DNA of 64,000 nucleotides from Minisyncoccota bacterium (GTDB lineage Bacteria; Patescibacteriota; Minisyncoccia; Phycocordibacterales; BOKC01): NCBI GenBank assembly GCA_030583745.1, contig CP129473.1, positions 442,783 to 506,782 of the forward strand, read 5' to 3'. Shown piece by piece: positions 31,201 to 39,215 of this stretch (position 1 is its first letter; each line of letters starts with the position of its first letter). The notes under the pieces were generated by a model. It saw only the letters and a program-made list of their open reading frames with translations, ran no database searches and was not told where the DNA came from. The position numbers and the translations under genes were made by a program.

Positions 31201-31766
31201 GAAAGGGTAGTTTCGCATCTAGGACAAAGATGCATTGACTTGAAACCCTCATAAACCATTCCCTTGTCATACAATGTCTTAAAAGCCCACCAAACTGATT
31301 CAGTATAAGAAGCATCCATTGTTCGATAATCTTTTTCCATATCAACAAATCGGCCGAAGCGCGGGATTTGTCGGCGCCACTCGTCGGCATAACGCAAAAC
31401 GCTATCCGAAGCTTTTTGGTTGAAATTATGGATTCCATAATCAATAATGTCTTTTTTGGTTTTTAGACCGATTTCCTGTTCAATTAAATTTTCAACCGGC
31501 AGGCCATGGCAATCCCAACCCCACCTTCTTGGCACGTGATATCCCTGCATAGTTTTGAAGCGAGGAATTACGTCCTTAATTGTTCCAGCTAAAATGTGGC
31601 CATAATGAGGTAAACCTGTCGCAAAAGGTGGACCGTCATAAAAAATGAAAGTGCCTTCTGGCGAAGGTTTTTGAAGTGTTTTTTCAAAAATTTTGTTTTC
31701 TTGCCAAAATTTCAGGATTTCTTCTTCCCTCTCGGAAAGCTGGTTTTTATTAGACTCGTCGGACAT
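28253..31766 (-). CDS. ileS: Isoleucyl-tRNA synthetase with an inserted histidine-phosphatase (PGAM-like) domain; reading frame broken by a 1-nt frameshift at ~30096-30110 (tracked as two ORFs, 30093..31766 and 28253..29839)
   Basis: N-terminal part: PHYGH, WTTTPWTLPGN (editing), [22 protein letters not shown]. C-terminal part: FQCKCGGEMKRVPEVFDCWFESGS, KMSKRL. Between them LVRHGEAESN...TARHLRG | RIDLVFSSDFFRTKETTEII...ILIVTHEY continues once one A is removed from the run gaagaaagaa. Confidence 0.85.
29660..30243 (-). other. Histidine-phosphatase superfamily (phosphoglycerate-mutase-like) domain embedded in ileS, split between CxxC and CxC of the zinc knuckle
   Basis: RHG motif YILVRHGEAESNAKNIVSGRPENPHYLTEKGRLEAQ; IDLVFSSDFFRTKETTEIIA; second His motif ILIVTHEYPIWMM. 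Confidence 0.75.
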
Positions 31767-31827
31767 ATGAGGATGATTTTAGCATAATTAGGGTATAGGG
31801 TTTAGCCACTAGGGTTTAGGAAAAGAA

Positions 31828-31853
31828 AACGCCCCGCGCGAGTACGCGCGGGG
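31828..31853 (-). terminator. Rho-independent terminator (CGCCCCGCGCG-AGTA-CGCGCGGGGCG) downstream of the 452-aa repeat-protein gene
   Basis: Perfect 11-bp GC stem; TTTTCTTTT follows on the minus strand. Confidence 0.7.
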
Positions 31854-31904
31854 CGAAGGATTCAGGCGCTCTATACAAAGTTCCTAAAAAGTCAAAATTA
31901 GAAT

Positions 31905-33263
31905 TTAATAAAGAGTCCGCCAAGCATAATTATTTGAGGCGTCCTTAGCGCAGACTTCCGCAGAATCCTTAACTCCCGACGCTCCTTGAGTAAACCAAAA
32001 AGTTCCTCTTTGAGATACATTGCATGATGGTCTGGATTCTTCTGATAAAATTTTTACCCCGCCGTTTACCTGCAATTTTGCGCTCGGATCAGCCGTGCCG
32101 ATTCCGACATTGCCGGATTTGGTCATTAAAAAATTTGGAATTTGATTGATACCGTCAGAAATAACAAACGAAGCGTCTCTTGTACCATCATTGCCAACCT
32201 GCCAAGTCCCCTCGCGATTTTTAAAATAAACTAAAGATGACTCCTTATTACCACCTGCTTCTATAGAAACAATCGTATATCCATCGGGTCTAAAGAGGTG
32301 TAAAAGAGTCTCAGGATTTGTTGTCCCAATTCCAACATTTCCTCCGCCGGTAGAGGTGATTCTCATCCTTTCTGTGTTGTTAGTTCCAAAACGAAGATAA
32401 CCATTTTCAAAGTTCCAAATAGTAGAGTTCAATTGGTTGTTATTCATTCCGACAAACAAACCGTCGGTGGCAAGGTGGCCACTGTTGTCGTTAGTAAGAA
32501 GTATGGCGCTCTCTCCACTTTGGGCAACATGGAGTCTTTTTTGCGGATTTTCTGTTCCGATACCGACATTACCCTCAAAACTACTGTCTCGACTTGAATA
32601 TTGTCTAAAACCACCAACAGAAACAACTCCGTCTCCGCTACTACTAATGCCAAAAACTCCTGTCCCAAGTTGACTAGAACCCATTATTCCTTTTCCAAAT
32701 TCACTAACCCCTTTTATTCCTGCCCCAGCGAAAAAAGGATTTTTACTGTACCCGTAAATTGCCGTGGCTGTTTCTAGGCCATCCGGACCATCAAATTCTT
32801 CCGTAGAGATGGCTCCCAACATAATAGGAATGGGTGGTAACCAGTCATCTCCTATGTGAATCACATCGTTTGTATCAAATTCCAAATTCCTCAAAAAACT
32901 GTTGGCGACCCACTTTTGGCCGTCACACTTTACTGTCTGGCCCTTGACCCCTATTGGCAAAAGAGTTGAGCCGCAAGTTCCGGAAACTTTTTTTGAATCA
33001 AGTTTTGTCAAAGTTTCGTTTGTCTCCAGTAAAGACAGACTGGTATTTAAATTTTGTTTAGTGGAAATTAAAGCGGTTGACTTAGGTTTAGACGAGACAA
33101 CTTGCGCTGATTGTTCTAAGCCCGACAGATAATTTATTATTGCGCTGAAAAATGATTGTAGCGGATTCTGAACGGTCTGCTCTTCAGCGTAAGCACTTGT
33201 GGTAGAAAAAAAGAGAAGTGAAAAAATGAATATCGCGAACACTAAATTTTTCATATTTTTCAT
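31905..33263 (-). CDS. Secreted protein with tail-fibre/hemagglutinin-like GNVGIGT repeats
   Basis: Signal peptide MKNMKNLVFAIFIFSLLFFSTTSAYA. Three copies of GNVGIGT(E/T/A)(N/D)P...(L)(H/Q)(V/L). Confidence 0.55.
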   Translation of the reverse strand: MKNMKNLVFAIFIFSLLFFSTTSAYAEEQTVQNPLQSFFSAIINYLSGLEQSAQVVSSKPKSTALISTKQNLNTSLSLLETNETLTKLDSKKVSGTCGSTLLPIGVKGQTVKCDGQKWVANSFLRNLEFDTNDVIHIGDDWLPPIPIMLGAISTEEFDGPDGLETATAIYGYSKNPFFAGAGIKGVSEFGKGIMGSSQLGTGVFGISSSGDGVVSVGGFRQYSSRDSSFEGNVGIGTENPQKRLHVAQSGESAILLTNDNSGHLATDGLFVGMNNNQLNSTIWNFENGYLRFGTNNTERMRITSTGGGNVGIGTTNPETLLHLFRPDGYTIVSIEAGGNKESSLVYFKNREGTWQVGNDGTRDASFVISDGINQIPNFLMTKSGNVGIGTADPSAKLQVNGGVKILSEESRPSCNVSQRGTFWFTQGASGVKDSAEVCAKDASNNYAWRTLY

Positions 33264-33307
33264 GTTAATTATTAGTTATTTAGCTGATAAAAAGCACAAA
33301 AATTATA

Positions 33308-34987
33308 TCACATCCTCTCCGGCACCTTTATACCTAAGAGATTAAGGCCGTTTGTAAGGGTGATAAGAAAAGCTGCGGTTAGGGCGATTTTGTAAGGAGA
33401 GTTTTGGTCGACGAGATCAACAATTTTTTCTTTGGCGTAAAAACTGTTGAACGCTCCGGACAGCTCGATCAAATATCCGACCAGCTTTTGCGGTGCAAAA
33501 TCTCTTGCCGCAACTTCTACCACGCTCGGAAATCTGTACAGCAGTTTTTCAACATCGTTCACATTCTCCCCTCCTCTTTTGACACCGGCTTTTACTTTTT
33601 CTGTTCGCGCTTTTTCCAAAACCGACTTCGCCCGCACAGCCGAATACTGCAAATATGGTCCGGAATCACCTTCAAATGAAAGTGATTTTTCAAAATCAAA
33701 GACAATGTTCCGGCCAAGAGCTTGTTTCAAAATTGAATATTTCAAAGCGGCCACCGCAATCTGATCAGCAACCTCTTCTTTCTTTTCGATTTGCCGATCT
33801 TTCATCTTTTCAAGCGCCATTTTTTTAAGTTCATTCAAAAGCCATTCGCCGGAAATGATACTGCCAGTCCTAGAAGACATCCGGCCTTCCGGCAGACGTA
33901 GACGGCCGTGCGAAAGATGCTCTATCTTGCCGTTTAAATCCGGAAAAACGAATTCGGCCGCCTTCATCACGACCTTGTAATATTCGGCTTGCTCAACATC
34001 GGTTACGGTAATTGACCGGTCAAATTTAAAAAATTTACGCTTGAGTTCAATCAGTCCCAAATCTTTGGCTTCGTATGTCGGCAGACCTTCTGAATTTATA
34101 AAAACTCGTGTGTGGAGACCGGATTTTTCTTCTGGGAAAATTATCGCGTTGTCACTTTTTTCAAAAATATCTGGATTTTTTTCAACCAATTTTTTACCTA
34201 TTTCTCCGGCTTGGCTTTCAAAAAAGTGACCGTCAAACCTACTTCCAAGTCGAGTATAAATTTCCTCAAAATGCTGTAGCGACAATTCTCGGCCTTTTTT
34301 GTAAATTTTATTTATTTCCGGATCAGATTCGTCGTAAATTTTTTTGTTTATTTCAACAATTTCTTTCTTGGCGACCTCATCACCTTCATAAGCCCTATCA
34401 CCTTCTGCATAAAACTTTCCGAGGTCGTGAATAGCTAATTGTGAATAGTCAAAGTTTTTATCAATAATTGCCCAAATCGCTTTAGCCACATGAAGCCCGA
34501 CATCGCCGTGATAAGTCACACATTTAAGCTTCGGAGCTTCGGCTTCGAGCAAACGTGAGACCGCCTCGCCAACAATGTTGTTTACTAAGTGGCCAATGTG
34601 AAATTCTTTAAAAGGATTCGGCTGGGTATGCTCAATTATTATTTTTTGGCCAGCCAAATTTTTATTCCTGCCCCACCTATCTCCTTCTTTTAAAATTTTC
34701 TTTATTTCCTCTACAAAAAATTCTTTTGCTAAATAAAAATTTATAAACCCCGGCCCAGCAATTTCAATTTTTTCAATTTCCTTAGGTTTTGACGCTATCA
34801 TATATGGTAGTAGTTTTTCGGCAATCTCACGCGGATTTTTATTCAAGTCTTTTGCATAAACCAAAGAAACATTTGAGGAAAAATCTCCATGAGAAATTTC
34901 AGCAGGATGCTCAAGCTCTATCCTTGGATCTTTAACCCCAAAACTTTCCAGAGCTCCTTTTATTAAATTTTCCAGCTTTTCTTTCAT
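33308..34987 (-). CDS. argS: Arginyl-tRNA synthetase
   Basis: QPNPFKEFHIGHLVNNIVGEA; C-terminal DALR/anticodon-binding; RMSSRTG. Confidence 0.9.
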   Translation of the reverse strand: MKEKLENLIKGALESFGVKDPRIELEHPAEISHGDFSSNVSLVYAKDLNKNPREIAEKLLPYMIASKPKEIEKIEIAGPGFINFYLAKEFFVEEIKKILKEGDRWGRNKNLAGQKIIIEHTQPNPFKEFHIGHLVNNIVGEAVSRLLEAEAPKLKCVTYHGDVGLHVAKAIWAIIDKNFDYSQLAIHDLGKFYAEGDRAYEGDEVAKKEIVEINKKIYDESDPEINKIYKKGRELSLQHFEEIYTRLGSRFDGHFFESQAGEIGKKLVEKNPDIFEKSDNAIIFPEEKSGLHTRVFINSEGLPTYEAKDLGLIELKRKFFKFDRSITVTDVEQAEYYKVVMKAAEFVFPDLNGKIEHLSHGRLRLPEGRMSSRTGSIISGEWLLNELKKMALEKMKDRQIEKKEEVADQIAVAALKYSILKQALGRNIVFDFEKSLSFEGDSGPYLQYSAVRAKSVLEKARTEKVKAGVKRGGENVNDVEKLLYRFPSVVEVAARDFAPQKLVGYLIELSGAFNSFYAKEKIVDLVDQNSPYKIALTAAFLITLTNGLNLLGIKVPERM

Positions 34988-34989
34988 TT

Positions 34990-35040
34990 GTATTTCCCTA
35001 AACCCTATTGGCTACACCCTATACCCTAGACCCTATTTCC
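34990..35040. repeat. Copy of the TAGGGT/CCAATAGG repeat family (cctaaaccctattggctacaccctataccctagaccctatttcc)
   Basis: Seen directly in the sequence. Confidence 0.6.
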
Positions 35041-35464
35041 TCCCCGTACTACCCCACCGACCTTCGCCACGACTGGAAGACGAGAGCTCATCAACTTTCT
35101 CAAAACCGGCAAAAACCACCGGATGCACAATCAGCTGGGCAATTTTGTCGCCTTTTTCTATTGTATAAGATTCGTGCCCAAGGTTAACTAAATGCACATT
35201 ATACTCCCCGCGATAGCCAGCATCATAAACCCCGCCCATCACATGAAGTCCGGCTTTGGAAATACTGCCTTTGTCATGAACAATAGCTCCAAAACCTTCC
35301 GGAAATTCCAAAGCGAAACCCAAAAAGAAAATGTACCGCTCACCTGGTTTTAAAATTTTGTCTTCCAGCGAATACAAATCCAAACCAATATCGCCCGGAT
35401 GAGCGTAAGACGGAATTTTGGCCTCGGAATTCAAAATTTTTATTTTAAAAATCGGTTTATCCAT
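35033..35464 (-). CDS. dut: dUTP diphosphatase
   Basis: AHPGDIGLDLYS...GGVYDAGYRGEY...RGEGRWGSTG. Confidence 0.9.
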   Translation of the reverse strand: MDKPIFKIKILNSEAKIPSYAHPGDIGLDLYSLEDKILKPGERYIFFLGFALEFPEGFGAIVHDKGSISKAGLHVMGGVYDAGYRGEYNVHLVNLGHESYTIEKGDKIAQLIVHPVVFAGFEKVDELSSSSRGEGRWGSTGRK

Positions 35465-35556
35465 AACCTAGAAATTATATCTTGATTGGTATTAAAAAGA
35501 AAAAGAGCGCCCAGACCAGATGGTCAAGGCGCCCTGAGGGTGAACGAGAGAGAGGA

Positions 35557-36147
35557 TCAGTAGTAGACGATTTGGATCGTCGGTTTGACGAGAATGCAGA
35601 CCGAGGTGTCTGCACTGCAGGACAGGTTCTTTTCACAATCAATCGGTCGATTGCAGAACCCGATGCGATCTTTGCACTCGCATTTGTCCATGACCACGAT
35701 GGACACCATGCCCTCTGCCATGAAAAGCTGGGTAGCTCTCCCGACAAAGAGTTCTCCATCAGAGAACTGGATGGCCAGTCCGAGGACCGGCCGGCCGTGC
35801 CTCATGGCGAGAAAGCCGGAGATGTGGTCAACCCCGTTGTTCTCGTCAGAGGAAAGAGGAGTCACCGCTTCAAACTCGATCCAGTTCTCAGTGAGGATGA
35901 ACTCCTGCTTGATGACAAAAGTCGTCCCATCGACGACAACTGTCATCCTGTCTCCATCGTAGTGCACGATGATTTTGCGGTCACCATCGGCGCTCGAGTA
36001 GGCGATGTAGAAGAGGTCTCCGATGGGAAGCTCGTCCCGAACATCCGGAACCATCTGCCGAACAACCGGTTGAGCCATGAGATTGGCCGGGAAGAAAACG
36101 AAAGCGACCATCAGAGCGAGGGTGTACACCACATGTTTGCACTTCAT
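35557..36147 (-). CDS. Secreted Cys-rich hypothetical protein in GC-rich island 2
   Basis: Signal peptide MKCKHVVYTLALMVAFVFFPANLMA. GC ~55%. Own terminator at ~35490-35545. Confidence 0.5.
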   Translation of the reverse strand: MKCKHVVYTLALMVAFVFFPANLMAQPVVRQMVPDVRDELPIGDLFYIAYSSADGDRKIIVHYDGDRMTVVVDGTTFVIKQEFILTENWIEFEAVTPLSSDENNGVDHISGFLAMRHGRPVLGLAIQFSDGELFVGRATQLFMAEGMVSIVVMDKCECKDRIGFCNRPIDCEKNLSCSADTSVCILVKPTIQIVYY

Positions 36148-36176
36148 GTTCTACTCCTTGGCTTGGGATGAGGTAT

Positions 36177-37058
36177 TCATCGACGAACCAATCCCCACTC
36201 GTACGTCCGAGTAGTTGAAAGACCAGACTGAAACTGTCCAACCCGATTGTGAATTCTGACATTCTCCCTTCTGGTCAGCAGACCGGTATCGACATCAAGG
36301 AAGTAAGTATTGGCGCCATAGTAGAAATCCAGGCGCCCCTTCTCATCTTCCTCTTCAAACTTGTAGTGCCGGTTGACAACCTTGTAGACCTTTCGGCCAT
36401 TCAAAACATCTTCCTGGACCTCTCCTTTGGAGATTTGCTGGGCAAGATCGTTAGCCCAACAGTTTCTCCAGAAAAGCCATGCTTCAATGTTGGCCCCGCA
36501 GGAAACAGGCAGTCCAGACGTTGCAGGATTACCTAGTTCCAAACTGGCCGACTCCATCCAATCCTCATCGCAGAGGCCGGACAGATTGAAGCGTTTGGTC
36601 TTTGTGCTCCCATCAGGCTGAACCACCTCCGCCACCCCAACAACCAAACTGGTACTCTTGTCCTCCGTGAGACGAACGATAGTAACCGGTTGGTCGGAGA
36701 TGTCATGCCGGAAGATTTCCGACACCAAACTTGTAGGGGTCATAGTCATCGTGGTGAGAATCTGAACACGGTGGTGTTCGCCAGCCACAAGTGCCTGGCG
36801 AATGGCCGCCTCAGGATCTCTCTCTCCAACCTGACTGTCTTGAAGATTCATCTCGTAGTAGGTGACGTCTTCCGTCATCTCGATCACGATCTTCTTCTCG
36901 GCAGAGTTGACCTTGTCGCGGAACCGCTCCGCGATCTCTGCGGCAGTAGGCAGTACTTCTGCCACGACTGCGTCCCGCGTAGGCGGATCTGCCTGCGACG
37001 AAACGATCGCCGCAAGGAATGCCGAGATCAAAACCAGGATCCTGTTGAACTCCTTCAT
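36177..37058 (-). CDS. Secreted hypothetical protein in GC-rich island 2
   Basis: Signal peptide MKEFNRILVLISAFLAAIVSSQA; GC ~56%. Confidence 0.5.
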   Translation of the reverse strand: MKEFNRILVLISAFLAAIVSSQADPPTRDAVVAEVLPTAAEIAERFRDKVNSAEKKIVIEMTEDVTYYEMNLQDSQVGERDPEAAIRQALVAGEHHRVQILTTMTMTPTSLVSEIFRHDISDQPVTIVRLTEDKSTSLVVGVAEVVQPDGSTKTKRFNLSGLCDEDWMESASLELGNPATSGLPVSCGANIEAWLFWRNCWANDLAQQISKGEVQEDVLNGRKVYKVVNRHYKFEEEDEKGRLDFYYGANTYFLDVDTGLLTRRENVRIHNRVGQFQSGLSTTRTYEWGLVRR

Positions 37059-37167
37059 GCGTGTCTCCTTGTTTTTTCTCTGTGCTCTCTCTCAAAGAGC
37101 TGGTGTTTTGGTAATTCTGCTACCATTATAGCAAAAAAACCGTTTTGTCAACAGGTTGTGGAGAATT

Positions 37168-37206
37168 ATGGATTAGAGCCCCCGCTTCCTCGCCAAGGCG
37201 AGGAAG
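37168..37206. other. Strong GC hairpin CCCCCGCTTCCTCGCC-AAGG-CGAGGAAGCGGGGG at the island 2 / glyA junction
   Basis: Perfect 16-bp stem; sits 13 nt downstream of the glyA stop. Confidence 0.5.
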
Positions 37207-37218
37207 CGGGGGCCTGAT

Positions 37219-38502
37219 TTAATTTCTTAAAATTTTATCTATTTTTTGAGCAATCTTGATGAAATCTTTTTCCTTTTTACCACGGGTTGTCTCGGCCGCG
37301 GTGCCAAGCCGGATCCCGGACGGATCAACTGGGCTACGAGAATCAAACGGAATAGTATTTTTATTAACAATGATTCCGGCTTTTTCCAATTTATCACTGG
37401 CTTCTTTGCCGCCAATTCCTCCTGCCCTGAGCGAAGTCGAAGGGTTTCCGTTATTCCAGACGTCAACCAAAAGTAAATGTGAATCAGTGCCGCCGGAAAT
37501 TATTCGCCAGCCGAGTTTTTGCAGTTCTTGAGCGAGCGCTTGGGCATTTTTAACAACTTGTTTGGTATATTTTTTAAATTCCGGTTTATCCGCCTCTGCT
37601 AAAGCTACGGCGACCGAAGCGATTTGATTCAAATGTGGACCGCCCTGAAGTCCCGGAAAAACCGCCCTATCAATTTTTTTATTCAGTTCTCTTTCATCAA
37701 TTCTGGAAAAAATCATGGCTGAACGCGGGCCACGCAAAGTTTTATGAACAGTCGTTGTTACAACATCAGCGTAGGGAAAGGGTGATGGATAAACTCCGCC
37801 GGCAATAAGTCCGGCAATGTGAGACATGTCCACCATTAAATAAGCGCCCCTTCGACCTTGCTCAGGGTAAACCACAGAATCCGCAATTTCTCTAAATTTT
37901 TTCCAATCAATAATTCGCGGGTAAGCGGTAAAGCCGGCGACAATTATTCTCGGCTTTTCTTTTTTGGCGATTTTTTTCAACTCTTCGTAATTTATCGTCT
38001 CGGTATTCTTGTCCACACCATACGGAACCTGCTTCCAAATTTTTCCGGTAATTGAAACCTTGTGGCCGTGAGTCAGATGGCCGCCGTGGTCGAGCGACAT
38101 GCCCATAATCTTTCCTTGCTCCGCCGAAGCATTCTGCGAAGGCGAGACGCCTGCTGGAACAAGTGCGAGATAAACGGCGACATTGGCTGGCGAGCCAGAA
38201 AGCGGTTGGACGTTTACAGACCATTTAGCAGGATTTAATTTAAATAATTTCAGAGCTCGCTTTTTAGCCAGATCTTCCACCTTGTCTGAAATTTCGTTGC
38301 CCCCGTAGTAGCGATACTTAGAATAGCCCTCGGCATATTTATTGGTAAGTTCAGAGCCCAAAGCTTTCAGCACATCGCTTGAAACATAATTTTCCGAAGC
38401 GATAAGATTGATGACGCTTTTTTGCCTTTTTTCCTCAGCTTTTATGAGTTTTTCTATCTCCTTATCTTTCATAGCGTATATACTATCACATTTTTTAACC
38501 AA
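37219..38502 (-). CDS. glyA: Serine hydroxymethyltransferase
   Basis: LIASENYVS...; PLP-site HKTLRGPR-like motif HKTLRGPRSAMIF. Confidence 0.9.
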   Translation of the reverse strand: MVKKCDSIYAMKDKEIEKLIKAEEKRQKSVINLIASENYVSSDVLKALGSELTNKYAEGYSKYRYYGGNEISDKVEDLAKKRALKLFKLNPAKWSVNVQPLSGSPANVAVYLALVPAGVSPSQNASAEQGKIMGMSLDHGGHLTHGHKVSITGKIWKQVPYGVDKNTETINYEELKKIAKKEKPRIIVAGFTAYPRIIDWKKFREIADSVVYPEQGRRGAYLMVDMSHIAGLIAGGVYPSPFPYADVVTTTVHKTLRGPRSAMIFSRIDERELNKKIDRAVFPGLQGGPHLNQIASVAVALAEADKPEFKKYTKQVVKNAQALAQELQKLGWRIISGGTDSHLLLVDVWNNGNPSTSLRAGGIGGKEASDKLEKAGIIVNKNTIPFDSRSPVDPSGIRLGTAAETTRGKKEKDFIKIAQKIDKILRN

Positions 38503-38589
38503 TATCGGTATTTTATTTGGTCTTATGAAAAATATTTTTAATACTTATTTTAATTTGATTTTTATCCATAAAAATAAAAAATTTTATAA

Positions 38590-38624
38590 TCAATCTACCA
38601 CGGCCGTGGTAGATTGATTATAAG
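38590..38624. repeat. ACGGCCGT-core hairpin TAATCAATCTACCACGGCCGTGGTAGATTGATTA (left flank of small cassette)
   Basis: Seen directly in the sequence. Confidence 0.65.
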
Positions 38625-38650
38625 AAGGCAAATTGTTATAATCATCTAAT

Positions 38651-39145
38651 ATGATTTATAGAGGTTCATTTTCGGAACTAATTCTTAAACTACTTCTTTA
38701 CAAGACCCTCCCCTATAAAGATGTTGAGGAACTTGTAAGAAAACATAAACAATACAAAAACAAACCTAGCGCTTCTATTAGAAACACACTCACTCGATTA
38801 AGAAAGAAGGGGTTGGTCAAAAAAACTCAAACCGGCTGGTCATCCAGCAATCTGATAAATTCAGTGCTAAAAAATAACATCAATGAATTAGATAAAATTA
38901 AACTTCAAGCGTCTAAGAATAAAAAGAATGGGGAGATGATAGTAATGTATGACATACCTGAATACCTAAGGTCAAAAAGAGATATATTAAGAGATGGACT
39001 AAAGGTTCTTGACTTCAAACAAAAACAGCAGAGTGTCTGGATAGGTCCTGCCCCACTACCTGAAGAATTTATGAAATTTATTAATGATTTAAAAATTACA
39101 AAATATATAAATTTCTTTAAAGTTAAGGAAGAAGATATTGTGTAA
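38651..39145 (+). CDS. Small wHTH protein with a C-terminal Cas2/VapD-like segment (PaaX-like architecture); hypothetical regulator
   Basis: N-terminal IRNTLTRLRKKGLVKK (wHTH). C-terminal GEMIVMYDIPEYLRSKRDILRDGLKVLDFKQKQQSVWIGPAPL resembles the Cas2/PaaX beta1-alpha1 signature. Confidence 0.35.
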   Translation: MIYRGSFSELILKLLLYKTLPYKDVEELVRKHKQYKNKPSASIRNTLTRLRKKGLVKKTQTGWSSSNLINSVLKNNINELDKIKLQASKNKKNGEMIVMYDIPEYLRSKRDILRDGLKVLDFKQKQQSVWIGPAPLPEEFMKFINDLKITKYINFFKVKEEDIV

Positions 39146-39146
39146 T

Positions 39147-39179
39147 CATTTCGGCACGGCCGTCGTGAAATGATTATAT
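39147..39179. repeat. ACGGCCGT-core hairpin ATAATCATTTCGGCACGGCCGTCGTGAAATGATTAT (right flank of small cassette)
   Basis: Seen directly; shares the outer TAATCA...TGATTA arms with the left copy. Confidence 0.65.
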
Positions 39180-39215
39180 TTTACAATCCAATATATTTAG
39201 ATCTAAAAAAATATT

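Noticed and set aside
28253-31766. Annotating ileS as two separate genes with a non-coding gap
   Set aside because: Translation of the 'gap' in the downstream frame is a continuous, well-formed histidine-phosphatase sequence joined by one base. A single frameshift explains it better than two genes.
25621-33263. Diversity-generating retroelement targeting the repeat-rich secreted proteins
   Set aside because: No reverse transcriptase gene and no template/variable repeat pair found in the window.
35482-36171. 229-aa plus-strand ORF and other ORFs (35585..35962, 36249..37217) in the GC-rich island
   Set aside because: High GC inflates antisense ORF length. The minus-strand genes have signal peptides and terminators and are the real ones.
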